Origin: Diadema antillarum
Taxonomy: Eukaryota
Direction of reading: 5' to 3'
NCBI RefSeq assembly: GCF_040938485.1
Contig: NW_027271030.1
Span: forward strand, 1,612,001-1,676,000
Length of the DNA: 64,000 bases
Of the stretch, positions 12,438 through 25,593 are shown piece by piece; positions within the stretch are counted from its first letter, which is position 1, and every line of letters starts with the position of its first letter. The position numbers were made by a program, and so were the translations under genes. Under the pieces are notes generated by a model. The model was given only the letters and a program-made list of their open reading frames with translations, searched no databases and was not told the DNA's origin.

Positions 12438-12800
12438 AAGGAATATACACATATACATGTCCTTGCATGAATCCTTTCCTTTTCTCGGTCTTTCGTTTCG
12501 TTTCTTTTATTTTATTTTCAACAAAGAGATACAATGTACAAGCATTAATTAAAGGAAATTAATATGGAAATGAAAATGTTTTCATACTGTTCCTCCCTGC
12601 AATCAAATTGGCCAAAAAAAAAAAGAAGAAGAAGAAAGAAAAGTGGTTTGAAAATTAGATATTTCTATTTCTATCAAAAAGTTTTAACTATAGGAGACGG
12701 ACGACCCATCCTAACCCCCCCCCCCCCCCCCCATGTCCTGGCTTCGCCGCTGATAAAGTTTGATCTCTGTTTACCTGAACTTTGTCCGAAATTCTGTAAT
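11376..12800 (-). promoter_or_regulatory. ST-1 upstream module / putative leader exon, split by an hAT-like insertion
   Basis: Donor G|GTAAGC at 11375-11370. Homology to the other modules runs 11376-11631 and resumes after 12760. Confidence 0.55.
11632..12752. mobile_element. hAT-like non-autonomous element, 1,121 bp
   Basis: Termini CACCGGCGTAGCC / GGCTTCGCCGCTG. 8-bp TSD ATAAAATT / ATAAAGTT (7 of 8 match). Flanks rejoin into the conserved module. Confidence 0.7.
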
Positions 12801-13124
12801 ATCTATCATTCTTTTTAACTGACCACAAAGCACCGGTGGGCATATCCGGTGGGCATATCCACTCTACGTATTATAGGCAGTAACAATTTAACGAGTAGAT
12901 GTCCAACTGTTCTACCCAATGAACTCCATTGGCTGGGTACATTTTTGCCAAGATAATGACAGCATATTCGGGGTGGCAAATCTTGTTGTTTTCTATAAGG
13001 GTTCCTAAATTGCTACAACACAGGGTTTCTGAATAAAGTAATTTCCGGACTTTATTCAACAACTTGAATCATGATGTCCGCTCACTGCAGATCCTTGATT
13101 CCTGGGGTTAGATATTTTCTAACT

Positions 13125-13458
13125 ATTTTTTTTTTCATTTTCCATCTAGGAAGATGGCTAGACAGCCCATATTTAGCTGTTCTAGCTGGTCTTCCATGGG
13201 ATTTAGCTGGGTATGAAGCGGGACCACTTCATCGGTTTATAGACACCTTCCTCTATGCGATGAATGAAGCGGGATGTTTTCATGTAGGCCTATACATGAG
13301 TTGTGACTGTTGCTCACATGGGACCTCCATTTTATATTGGGGTGTTTGGCATCTTACTTGATGAGACTATCACACACAACATCGCACAGTTACAACTGGG
13401 AATCGAACCCTGGTCCTTAGATTTGGAGACAGACGCGCTATCGACTGAGCCAAATCAC
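13125..13458 (-). mobile_element. tRNA-derived SINE
   Basis: Minus-strand head has an A-box-like TGGCTCAGTCGATAG and B-box GGTTCGATTCCC. Body CCCATGGAAGACCAGCTAG is shared with the copies at 22149 and 31238. Confidence 0.7.
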
Positions 13459-14278
13459 AACCCTACAAGGTCTGTAGCCTGGGCAGTGGGTATTGATACT
13501 TTTTGCCTTGGTGGGCACAGCTTCCTGCTGCCCCCAATCCTTTGACCATGCAAGTTTTTCCACTTAGGATTATCATCTAACAATGTTCCTGACATATTTT
13601 GCGACTATGTCGCATTTTTTTTTACTCTACATACCACATTAAGCCACTGAGGATATCATCTCCGATTCTTTGGAATTTTACATCCCATGTTTTCTTAGAT
13701 GGATTAAACTCGGACACAGGTCGCGTTCGAGCTCTCAAAAAGCGAACCAAAGCAACCAATGTGACACCATATCATGCCATATTTGGAACGTTCAACCGCT
13801 CTTCGGAGAAAGAGTACCACATGATATTTGTTTTGTATGTTTGTTTGCTTGTTTGTTTGTTCTTACTCAGAGGGGATCACACGTTTTATAGCACCCATGG
13901 TCATGAACCTATACGCGGTTACTTCAACACATTTATTATTTTCATTTTCTTGCATGATGAAAGAGCACTTGGCTTGACTCTTTCAGAAAAACAGGAGGGA
14001 TGATATTACTTCAAACATTTTGTATATGGGATATCAAAGGATTATCTTCTTTACATAAACATTAAACTTTAAAAAAATCAGTACTTTTGAAAAGATTGTC
14101 TGTTTCCTCTCCATCTTCATTGTTATGTGCTGGTAATATATCTGGCATTCTAACTGATTTCGTGTGCTGTACCTGCATGGGTATCCCTGTGAATACTTCT
14201 GATAATGTAGGACTTTTCAAACGTTACCATATTTCTAGAAATGGAAAAACTGCTTGCGTTCGTAAAATTCTAATATTA

Positions 14279-14520
14279 CACTCTTAAAATATCCGAGTCA
14301 GAACTGACCCGGAACTGGGTCCGTTGGGGTCACACGCCGTTCCGGGTCAAAAATGACTTGGAATTTGGTCATGAAGACCCCGAATGGGGTCACCCTGACC
14401 CAATTCATGACTCTGAATGGGTCATATCTGTCCCCATTCCTTGTCATTTCTGACCCGGAACGGTGTGTGACCCCAACGGACCCAGTTCCGGGTCAGTTCT
14501 GACCGGATGTTTTAAGAGTG
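14279..14520. mobile_element. Palindromic MITE with CACTCTTAAAA termini
   Basis: TA|CACTCTTAAAA...TTTTAAGAGTG|TA with about 80-bp inverted arms. Confidence 0.75.
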
Positions 14521-16479
14521 TATATTCAAGTAATGAAAGTCATGTTTTTCCTAAATGATTTAGTAGCTAGCTGTGATCTCGTTACTCTTAGACGTCTGTT
14601 GGGTTTTTTTTTTTTCACATTTTCCGTTTTTTTTTTTTAATACATTATTATTTTCATAGCTGCACATCCCGTAGGCATCCCGTTGAATAGCCGGTATACT
14701 CTTCCGTATCCATGTATCACTTGCGTTCTGTTCCTTTCAATGTACTTTTCCCCAGCAAGACTATTAATGCAAATGTATAGAACACGTCTCACAACATAAT
14801 GCACCGGTTTTTTAAATTGAACAAAATAAACAACGTTTTAATTGTGAGTGAATACTAAAATGCTTAAATGCGATTTCATGAAGTCTGCAACAATAAATGC
14901 GTGTACCCGTTCAAAAATAAATGTAAACATAGAAAAGTCATTTGCGCAATGAGTGTTTAAAGCATTTCCAATGAATAAAAAGTATGTTTTACGTCAATGA
15001 TTGTTTGATAAAAACAGAATACCATCCTTGCTACTTTGATTGCGCGAAGTGCTAAACTAATTGCTAAGAAAGAATTTTAATGCTGGAATATAGGCACTGT
15101 GTAATCACATTATCTTCTTTACAAATGCACCGTTTATGCAATGTATGACAACACACATCATGTTCGTGGATATTTCTGATCATTGAGCTTAGTAACGAGG
15201 CCTTTCATTCACGTGTCCCTTCATCTTAAGCCCCTTAGGCAGAAATTGACTCCGTTCACTCATTCTTTTCTTCTTATTCCTGCTCTTCTTGGGCACCCAT
15301 GTGATCTTTGGGTTTCTGTATAATGTACATTATGTACATCACACATGTTTCCACCCCCAACATATTTTTAGGGTGTGTGCAATTGTGTATTTCTGACTTT
15401 GTAATTTTGATATATATTTGCCATAGTCAGACGTCAGCATGTTTAAAAGATTCAATGCATCAACAGTATATCATAATGTTCTATTCTTATAGTCTCAAAC
15501 ATACCTCTTCATTTCATTAGTATTTCAGTTTAATTAGTTACGTCATATAGTTTGATGTATCGAAATGTTAATTATTAGTCATTTTGCTTATACATGTGAT
15601 CTGTTTGTTATTTGTGTCATGTAATGTTCTGTTATCTTGCCAGTGGAGGAACATAATCTGTATTTTTAATTCAGACAATGAATGATTGAATTGAATTGAA
15701 TTGAATTGAATTGAATTGTTGCTGGGTAGGGCTAGCTCCCGACAATCATTTTGCTTGCTAAGGCAACTTTTGCGAACAAAACGTGCATAGAAATAAACCC
15801 AATACCGAAAAGCGGACTTTGAATGACCGCTTCGCCGATTACTTTTTTCCGAATCTGACGAACATTTCAGATTTGATTCCAATGAATACAGCTTGGAGTT
15901 ATAAAGAAATAAATTTCACAGAAATAAGCCATCACATCTGGTCAAAACCTGAATTTAATGATTGCCATATCAGCTCGACTGGCGAGCTTAGAAATCAGAC
16001 AGGAAAAACCCATGATTCAAATGGACATGCTACGGCATTGTCCTTGGATGTATAACCTAGCTTGAATAGGATGGCCCCATCTTCACTGAATGTACATTAA
16101 AAGTAAAACACAGGGCCCACCATAGTAGAGATGTTCTTAGAATATGATGGCAGTCCCCTGTTTGTGTTTTCTCCCTTGATTTTTATGTGGTTATAAATGT
16201 ATTATGCCAATTCACTATTTTCCTACGTGTATTGTGACAAGGGACAGTTTTGTTACGGAAGCGACAACTCGTATCGGTATTCATATAATTTATTTTTGTA
16301 TTCATGCATAGACCTATTTTGTACCTATTCTCATAGAAATAAAAACGAGGCAAAATCAAATGAAATTCAATTTGAATTATTTTCAAGGAATGTTACAGTG
16401 TCAAATTTTTCTTTGTTTGTTTGCTTTTATTTCTGCGTTCAATCAGATGCAATTTGAATGCAAACTTCAAAAAGTACAA

Positions 16480-17100
16480 AGACAAAGAATAACAAGTGCA
16501 GTGAAATAAATCGATAACAGTACATAAATAGATACACATAGATGATTGCATTGAGCAATGTAGATACACAGAAACATAAGATAAGATATACAGTATTTTT
16601 CAGTAAACAACAGAGATCATTGAATGCAGGAGACCACCATCATAAGCGATGAAGCTTAAAATGGATGGAGGCCTCATAAAATGACTATCCAACGACATAA
16701 CTCTCTTGGAGGAAGGTGATCAGGTGAGTGCAGTGCAGTTGCAGGTGAGAGTGCAAGATGCAGTTGAAGGAAGAAAATAGAGATTGACAATAAGATGACA
16801 ATCTATACTATAAATATTTGTTAGCTCAATTGGTTTGGAGAATATAATTGTATCAAATATCGTTTTAGTGAAGCTTTCAAAGAATAAATGCTTGAACAAG
16901 ACTTTATATTATCCGGGAGATTATTCCAAATGTCCGGACCCAAATGTCTTATAGATTTATGTGTCACTAATAATTTGGGATTCAAAAGATGGAAATTTCT
17001 ACATATACGAGTAGGGTACGAATGGACAGAAGTATTGAACCTAAACATGTTATCAAACATGTCATATCAAATATAATGGCTGATAAACATTTGATAATAA
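16480..17100 (-). mobile_element. CR1/L2-like LINE 3' fragment
   Basis: ORF 16821-17060 (HSYPTR...SIRHLGPDIWNNLP...SLKASLK) resembles the C-termini of the LINEs at 41263 and 57468. Confidence 0.7.
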
Positions 17101-18812
17101 ACATATCAAATAATGGCTGATGTCACCTTATCGTGGTAAATTCTTGTAACATTGAATAATTTCATGAAACCATTATCATTTTATTTATTCAATGTGAGTA
17201 AAACTATATGAAGAGTCATTCTGTTCGCGATTTGGATGACATTGCAATGTGATGCTACTATAGGGAGACAAAAGTGAAAGCGCGCCAGTCATATATCTTT
17301 CACTTTGACTAGGTGTTTGCCACGGTATATTGTTTAGGGGGTATTCTTTTTTGATATATCTGGAGCCATTATTAAATGTGACACATGTTGTATTTATTAT
17401 TTTTCTTACGGTTTTGTGATTGGATTACTTATTCACGAAATATGATGCAAAAATTTTACTCTTCGGTATCAACTTGGTCAAAACATACGTGACTAAGTAA
17501 CCTGCATTTTAGTACGGTCTTCTGTGTCACACGACAGAACACAATACACGTACTTATTCCTAATCAAATGAAAAAAGTACATGCACCATAGACGATTGTA
17601 CTAGTAGCATACCTTGAATATATGGCACATCATATGGCACATCATAATCATAACACATGATTCATCCCTATGCTAAAGAGCAGGCTCAGTGTATCTAAAC
17701 AAAAGATATTGCAGCAACATCTCCTCTGGTACTTCAGTGTACTCAAGTAGTTGAGCAATGTGACGTACATTATTAATTCTATGAATCTTATTCATTCCAT
17801 GCAGTCCATATAAAAGTTAAAGAGCAGGCTATTGGTCTATATCCAAACAGGAGTTATACCGGCAATGCCTCCTCTGGTACTTCAGTACTCAAATAGTTCA
17901 GTATCAAATCTATGAATTTCATGTATCCAATGCATTTTATAACGATTTTATGAATTTTGAACTGAATTTCATTGAATTCAGATTAAATGGAAGAGTCTGC
18001 GCTTAAAAGCATTATTTACCGTTTGCAGTTGAAACAAAAAACCGCGTTTTAGTGCTACAAAATAGTTCCAGAATATGGGTTAGAGATAGAAACAACCATT
18101 GTAAAATTGTTAATCAGTATAATCAATGTTACGTAGTTGATATATAAACAATGTAGTTATGATAAAAACTGTTTCTAGAATAATAAAGCTGTATACAGTT
18201 ATGAATTATTGAGAAAAATAGTGATATCTCCTTATAGTTCAGGCTTTATTGTAAAATTTTTATATGGTAGGATGTTTTTGTGATACAACTGACCTAAACA
18301 TATGCATCAAAGTGTGATAACTTAAACATTTTTTTTTTTTCAAATCATTGCTCCCAATTCATGGTAAACAATACCTTTAACTCTATAGGGTCTATATGTC
18401 TTTCTAAGTATTATTAGGACAAGTAGGTCTAAAGACAGCAATATGGTTTTCAAAGAGCTATTGATCTGCTCCAGAAACCAACAAATTCATGTTATGCTGG
18501 ATTCGAAAATGATGTTGGTGATTTTTAATCTGATATCATTTCAGTTTGACTACACTAAAACATGTCTGAATCTCACGTCTAACAAACAAAGAGATACAAC
18601 AGGTTACTACTATTCTATTCCCGTAAATCATATTCTAAGTTCATATCAATAATATGATTGAAAAATGTTCTTCTTTGTTTTGTTTTGCTTTTTTTTTTTT
18701 GGGGGGGGGGGGGGGGTTAGCATACACGAAGATCACTATAATAAATTTTCAACCCAAACCTAGTCAATGAGTATATAGGTTCACTAGCTGAAGTTCAATT
18801 AGTGTCCCGAAT

Positions 18813-20417
18813 TTACGAAGGGGTTATTCTAAACTTGTACATTTCCTCGTAGTACGGCATTTCCTTCTCTGCAACCTCCTTGATATCTTTTGTCGCCCCG
18901 TCAAGAGAAGCGGAAGTAGAGGAAGGTTTGAAACAAGTACTCTTAAAGGCGTTGGCAAACCACAGGTTATAGCGTGGAGCATCGAGGACGTTCGAACACA
19001 CACTGTGCCACTTCAGGACAACATCGGATGAGGCGTCCCAAGTTACGTAATCCTTGGAGTACGGGATACCCAGTGCGCGGAAGAGCAGTGGAAGTATGGT
19101 TGCCGGGTCATCCATGACTTCATCGATATCGACAATGACCGGGTTGTTATCGATGTTTTCTCGAATGTGGCACCACAATTCGTGGATTTCCTTGAAAAAG
19201 TAAAGCGTTCCTTCCTCCGGTGGCTGTGCATAATCCATAACATTGAAGTTTTCTGGGTCTGGTTTCGGCATACCCTGTGGTAGATCCTTGGGATCCACTC
19301 CTTCTACTGATTTCAGCAATGTCTTCCGAAAGGATTTGTACGCCTTCACAGGATGACGTATAAGGAAGCAATGTCGAAAACCACTGGATGGATGAGGCAG
19401 ATACTGGTATCGGCTTGGTGGCATACCAAAGGCCATGTCTTTGACGAAGACAAATTTAGTGGTTTGAGGAATCGAGTCGAATATTTGCTTTAGTCTAACA
19501 GGTCTGTGGATAAGGGGAGAAGTGATTATAGTTACGTATCTTCTTTGACTTCTCATACATGTACACGATTAAAAAAATAAAATGCTTTTTTAGATGTAAG
19601 CTATAACATAGAATTTAAAAAGAAATGTGAAGATAACATTTCACCGCATTGTAAGTGACATACATATTGACTTACTCAAAGTGTAAAAATTGTAATTTTA
19701 AACATCAAGAGTTCTAGTTCACTTGGCATAGCTCTTTGAGTATTGCAAGACACTGACATTGTTTGAGTCTAGGAGGATAATCAAGTCGAGAGTATTCGCC
19801 CTAATTCCTATTTCTAATCGTTTTTTCTCTTTAATTTCTACTGAGTTTGATAAACAAATATGGTACGAAAGCACTGTCATTCATAAGGTGAGTCGTCATT
19901 TGCTCCTGCGACAATTATTCTGGTCTTATCATCTCTAAGGACTTAGCGCTAGAATTAGGGTTATGATAGGGGTTTAGGTATAGTTTGATATGAAGATTAG
20001 GATTAGGGTTAGGTTTTGTTTGTGGATAGAATTTATGTTTGGCTTACCGTGCAGATATTTCGTGGGAGCAATTGTCGCAGAAGCAAATGTCATAAAACTC
20101 ATACTGACATGGTACGTTTCAAAAACGTAGACTTACGACAATAGATCGAGTTTGAAGTTCTGTGTGTCACCTCCCATATTCAAGTTTTTCGCAGCATCCA
20201 GGTAAACCTCTTCGTTACCATCAATTTCAAGAGGAAGCGGATCGGAATTGTATAGTTCCCTGGCAAACCTGGAAATGACGTACGGCTCGAGCCAGATTTC
20301 GGCGCCGTCAACGAAGCTCATGCATTTTGTCATCGCTGTCGACACCGAGCGGGGAACGCACCACATGATGACTCGTGCGTTTCCGTCACCTCCTGCCATG
20401 TTTGCGTCAGAAGCCAT
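18813..20417 (-). CDS. ST-2: sulfotransferase-fold protein paralog, 323 aa
   Basis: Exon A 20417-20137 (MASDANM...), GTAAGT donor. Exon B 19503-18813 follows CACAG. CDS 972 nt, open. Confidence 0.9.
19887..20100. mobile_element. Intronic MITE shared by ST-2, ST-3 (29056-29271) and ST-5 (~38684-38880)
   Basis: TIR-like CATTTGCTCCTGCGACAATT / AATTGTCGCAGAAGCAAATG around degenerate TAGGGT repeats. In ST-3 it is flanked by the direct repeat ATACAGACA. ST-4 looks like an empty site. Confidence 0.65.
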
Positions 20418-20783
20418 TTTATTCCTCCTACAAAGGGTTTTTAAGCAGGTTAAAGAAGATATTACTGGTAGTATTACAGAGGGGAAGAAGTGACTCAAAC
20501 GCAAAAATAGAAAGCTATAGCATTCACTAGACAAGAGTAATGTTGCAATACTGGTTCCTTCAAAATGATCATATAATTGCAATTGTCAGCATCGAAACTT
20601 ATCTTTCATTATTCATTTTATTATTTATCATTATTTCATTATTGTAACTTGAGTAAAAATGTAGAGTTTCACAGATCTAATGAACGTCATTGGTATAAAT
20701 ACCATTAGATATAGATAGACGGCATTTTGATCGGTGCTTTTGTTTAGCGCAGCTGATCTCCCAGTTGCAACATTTAAAATTAC

Positions 20784-20836
<53 letters not shown>

Positions 20837-21006
20837 TCAGATTCTCACGGAGCCCTTATGTAGTCGCTCAAGGAAAGACGAACTTCATCTGCATAGTTTC
20901 AAAACAAGTGTATAAATTTCTTTGGTGAAAAAGCAAAACTATCTTATGGATACGTAGCAGTAGTCTGCTATTCGCTTGATCTCCGACCATGCGCTATTAA
21001 GCTTAC

Positions 21007-21340
21007 CAATACACGCCCTGTTGCGCTAAAATTGCCACTCTTTCGCTTTGAGACTTTTTCGTGTCAGCAACCCTCCGACGAGTGGTTCGATGCAGATTGT
21101 GTTTAGCGTCTTCAATGCAAGTACGTATGTTCGATATCTCGCTGTGGTACTTTCTGTCATAGCTTGTCTCTTTCTTGTTGGCACAAAGCGATCTTCAAAA
21201 CTTCGAGAAGTGGTCCGGTCTCACGGTGGCGTGATAGTGAAGTCAACGTGATGACTCAGCAAAAGCAGCAAAATATTTTGAATTATGTACCTGACCTTCG
21301 TCCGATATATCGAATTGAATGTGTAAACATCAAGGTTGCA
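21007..21340 (-). promoter_or_regulatory. ST-2 upstream module / putative non-coding leader exon
   Basis: Donor GTAAGC at 21006-21001; TAG acceptor at 20429-20428, 10 nt before the ATG. Confidence 0.6.
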
Positions 21341-21344
21341 CGAC

Positions 21345-21920
21345 GTTTTATGCTCCTCCACGAAGTGTCGCCAGAGGCATTATGTTTTCAGGTTGTCCGT
21401 CCTTCCGTTCGTCTTTCCGTCCGTCCGTCCTTCCATGATCCGTCCTTCCGTCCGTCCCTCCGTCCGTCCCTCCGTAATGAATTTTGTGGACAGCGTAACT
21501 AAAAAAAAAGCAACAACATTTGTCAAAGTATCCTAATGAGACTTGGTATGTCTATACTGTGTGAGTGGATGAAATTGTGCCACACAACTTTTGGGTGCAC
21601 ATGCTCAAGGTCAAAGGTCAAGGTCAATTGCTCAAAATTTCACTATTTCCCCCATATCTATGCTATGCCTGAAGTTATTTCTCGAAGCTTAGTGTAAACA
21701 TGTATTACCCTAGAAAGATTCTTTAGAGAAACTTTCGGGAAGTGAGGTCGATGGTCAAAGGTCATGTGAAAGTGCTAATTTTTCACTTTTTCTCCTTATC
21801 TCGGAAATGGTCCAAAGTATTCTCGTGGAACTTAGAACATGTGCATGTACTGCCTGACAATGATTATTTTTCTTGGGAATTTTTTAGTCACGGGGTCAAA
21901 GGTAGAGAGCGACATATCTA
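21345..21920 (+). mobile_element. DINE-1/Helentron-like non-autonomous element
   Basis: TTATGCTCC... start followed by (CCGT)n and GGTCAAAGGTCA repeats. It is absent at the homologous position upstream of ST-3. Confidence 0.5.
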
Positions 21921-22148
21921 GGTCAGAGTAAACATTTATCATCTTCTTTATGGTAATGAAGGCGTCTGAATAGGATTGTTTTATCAAATCCATTTATCTG
22001 ACGTGGGTTATAATACATTTTAACCCAAATGCAATATCAACACTGCGTATAGGAAACAAAGTACAAGTAAAAAAAAAAAAAAAAAAAACTCGGGTTTTTT
22101 TTTCTTGACTTTTGTGTGAGATAAAAATATCGATTAGCCAAACACAGG

Positions 22149-22580
22149 GCGGAGATTTGTGTCAGTCGGTAGCGCGTGTGCCTCCAGCGAATGGACGCAG
22201 GTTAGATTCCCAAGTCTAACTGAGCAAGGCTGCATGTCATCATAAATTGTGCGCCAGTATTAAAAAGGAAAAGCCGGACGACCTCAGATACGATGTGGAG
22301 AGACTTTATTCACTGAGCCCGAGAGGACTACTCTAACTTGTTAACAACAGAGGGCGTTAATCATGTATACATACAAATGTACATCGTACATGTATTCAAC
22401 ATAACCATAACATATGGCGGTGAGAGAGTCGTAACTCATGCACGTAAAAAAAGATCGTTCATTCATCGCAAAAAGCAGGGTGCATATTCCCGGTGAAGTG
22501 GTCCCGCCTCTCACCCAACTGGACCCCATGGAAGACCAGCTAGTGCAGCTGAATATGGGCTACAGTCATCTTCTCAGATG
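22149..22580 (+). mobile_element. tRNA-derived SINE
   Basis: tRNA-like head, shared body, A-rich tail. Same relative position as the copies at 31238 and 36963. Confidence 0.7.
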
Positions 22581-24840
22581 GAAAAATTAAACAAACAAAA
22601 AACTGACTTTGAGCGAAGTCTGAATTGTTGCCTCGTTATATTGCCCAATAAGCTCGACGTGAATCACTAGATACATGCATTGATAATCACCTGGAAGGAA
22701 CAAACTGCACCAGAAAACCAAGGACAAACTCAAAACTCTCACGCCATTGCCTATTCTTTGGTTTGGTTTTATTTTGCATTTTAACATATCTATACAACAT
22801 GAAAGCCTTGATTATTGTTCTCAATGTTACGAAAAACATGATATACAATGTAAACAGAACTTAACTGCAGATTTGTTGTTAATTAGTTTCAAAATAAGGA
22901 ATATTCATGAAGGGAAAATTCAGCAGACCGCACATAATTATATCGGAGGCCTATTGTAAAATAAATCATACAGAGAAGTAATCTGACCAGTACTACAGCC
23001 CCTCTTATATAAAATTATTCCAAATCTTAAGTTCTGGTAATTTACGTCACATGACACGGTAGTATGAATTTCTTTATCAACCTCCCGCAGGCTATCGAAG
23101 CTAAATCATTATTACTGATTACAATTCATTTCGCTATACACTCACGCTTCCCATTTAACGTGCTCAAGGCCTAATACATTAACAACGATGATTGCAATAT
23201 TGGAGACATAAAAATCCATATTTCATATTCTGCTATTGCAGAAAAGTGATACATGTATATCAGTTATAACAGTCTCATTCCCTGCTTAAAAAAACAGTGT
23301 CCCACAGCGTGTTCACAATGCGTTTACGTAGTCGACTATTATGTGAAAACGTTCGAATCTAACAGTGTGAATAAGATTTCACATTGTGCTGTAGTTTTTC
23401 ACAGCGAGTTCACATAGTAAATTTCTGTATCACACTGAATCAACACTGTGAAAGGATGATTCACAATGTGTTCATGACGTTAAAACGCTCGAATTTAACA
23501 GAGTGTGAAGAGATTCCACACTGTGTTCACTATATGTTTCACTGTGTGACACTGTGTTCTTACCAGCAAGGTTTTTACCACTTAACGAATTCTTCTTTCA
23601 TTCATATACGGTAGGTCCTACGAAGGTTGCCTACATGTCAAACTACATGTACAATATTCGTGTACAGTATGTAAAAAAATATATATATAATTGGATTTTT
23701 GCATTGATAACTTGCAATATAAACATGTTTAAACTATCCAAATGCTACTTCAGGATCGTAAATATAACATCTTAACTATATTTTTCAGAAAATCCCATTT
23801 AATTTGGTTAAGTGGTCACAGAGAAATGTGGATCGTTTTAACGTATTTCATGGGTTTGATTCTTCCAAGTTTAGCAATTGGATGCTCGTAGAACTGCACA
23901 TTAATGTGTGAACAAAATGAACAGAACTTGGGGGAAGGGATTCCTGACATGCTCTACAAAACTCCTCATTTCTATTTTACCACTGAAGCAAATCGGATGG
24001 GGTTTTCTGTAAGATGCGGGCAATAAGTCATAATTCCATACCATGAAATTGTATTTGGATTGATTCGCTAATTTAAAGTTATCATTGTAGAAGATACTGC
24101 TATAATTTTCTTGGGACATACGGTATAAATACTGTCACATATACTAGCTGCCTAACTAATTACCAAAAAAAAAAAAAAAAGAAAAAGAGAGAAATAGAAT
24201 CCAACAATAGTACATTATGATGGTACCTTGTCTTTTAATGACATTTATTGTTCTTTAGATATTAATGACGTAAATGTCTTACTTTATATGGTTGTCTCCG
24301 GTTATAACATTAAGGGTTAAAATGTGTAACATTAAGGATTGGCTATGGTTAATACATTTATGGTCGATATTTTATTTAGCTCCATGGGGTGACAGCGACC
24401 ATGACAACATGCACAATGGAAAACTATGCATACATACAATACTTTTTTATTTCCTAATCGGTCGAGATATGTGTTTGAATGGTTCGTAGGCTCTACGGTT
24501 AAGATTTATACGACGTTTCTCTATCGAGTTTTGGTACTAACATTATGTGTGTGAACAGGAGGTTAGAGTTAAAATGCATTATATTTACAAAGGTCAATGC
24601 ATTTTGGGTAAAAATGTATAGCATTAGGTTCGATATTGCATTCCCGAGGATACTGGGGGAGTTTGCCAGGAAAAGTTCGAAAGTTCTGAAAAGTCACCCA
24701 GCACTATACCACGTTTCCTTTCGTACTACAGCTACAACCGGAAGTTATCGGGAGATCAATGGTGAGATCGTCCAAGCGTATACCGCTTCCATGCTTATCA
24801 CTCGGGGGATCACCTGGGAGATTCCTGGGAAACAAACGGT

Positions 24841-24990
24841 NNNNNNNNNNNNNNNNNNNNNNNNNNNNNNNNNNNNNNNNNNNNNNNNNNNNNNNNNNNN
24901 NNNNNNNNNNNNNNNNNNNNNNNNNNNNNNNNNNNNNNNNNNNNNNNNNNNNNNNNNNNNNNNNNNNNNNNNNNNNNNNNNNNNNNNNNN
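24841..24990. other. Assembly gap
   Basis: Run of N. Confidence 1.
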
Positions 24991-24995
24991 ATGAC

Positions 24996-25068
24996 GTCTC
25001 CGTGGCCTAGCGGTTTAAGGCGTTGGCGTTCCATGCCAAAGACCCCGGTTCGACTCCCGGCGCAGACC
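24996..25068 (+). tRNA. tRNA-like cloverleaf, anticodon TCC (Gly); probably a pseudo-tRNA or tRNA-derived repeat
   Basis: D stem GCCT/AGGC and anticodon stem TTGGC/GCCAA are perfect; loop GTTCCAT; T loop TTCGACT. One C-C mismatch each in the acceptor and T stems. A T7 run at 25070-25076 follows. Confidence 0.4.
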
Positions 25069-25142
25069 ATTTTTTTCAACTCTTGCGCTTTTCCAAAAAG
25101 GAGGAACAGGAAGAGGAATGATGTCAAAGCTACGCACCGAAT

Positions 25143-25280
25143 NNNNNNNNNNNNNNNNNNNNNNNNNNNNNNNNNNNNNNNNNNNNNNNNNNNNNNNNNN
25201 NNNNNNNNNNNNNNNNNNNNNNNNNNNNNNNNNNNNNNNNNNNNNNNNNNNNNNNNNNNNNNNNNNNNNNNNNNNNNNNN
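25143..25280. other. Assembly gap
   Basis: Run of N. Confidence 1.
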
Positions 25281-25538
25281 ATTCATACCCCTGAGGAATT
25301 ATTAGTTTTGAGCAGCTTTCTTACAAGTGAAGGATGGAGTGATGGTGATTGGGTGCTAACTTTTTGCTCTTATTTGTCCTCTGTAAATTGACATTAATTC
25401 CAGTTTCACCTCTTTTGCATAACAATAGAAATGTTGAGATATAACACCCAATCACCATCACTCCATCATTTACTTGTAAGAATTGTGCTCAAAACAAAAA
25501 ACAAAAAATCCCAGGGATATGAATAATTTTGCTGTTAG

Positions 25539-25593
<55 letters not shown>

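Noticed and set aside
18813-19556. Single-exon ORFs with N-terminal extensions (MRSQRRY..., MRSQIRY..., MSMISF..., MRNQEG...) as stand-alone genes
   Set aside because: The extensions are the intron's polypyrimidine tract, they differ or are closed in ST-1 and ST-6, and they lack the PAPS-binding exon.
24545-25305. ORFs spanning N runs (also 30201-30492)
   Set aside because: They are artefacts of assembly gaps.
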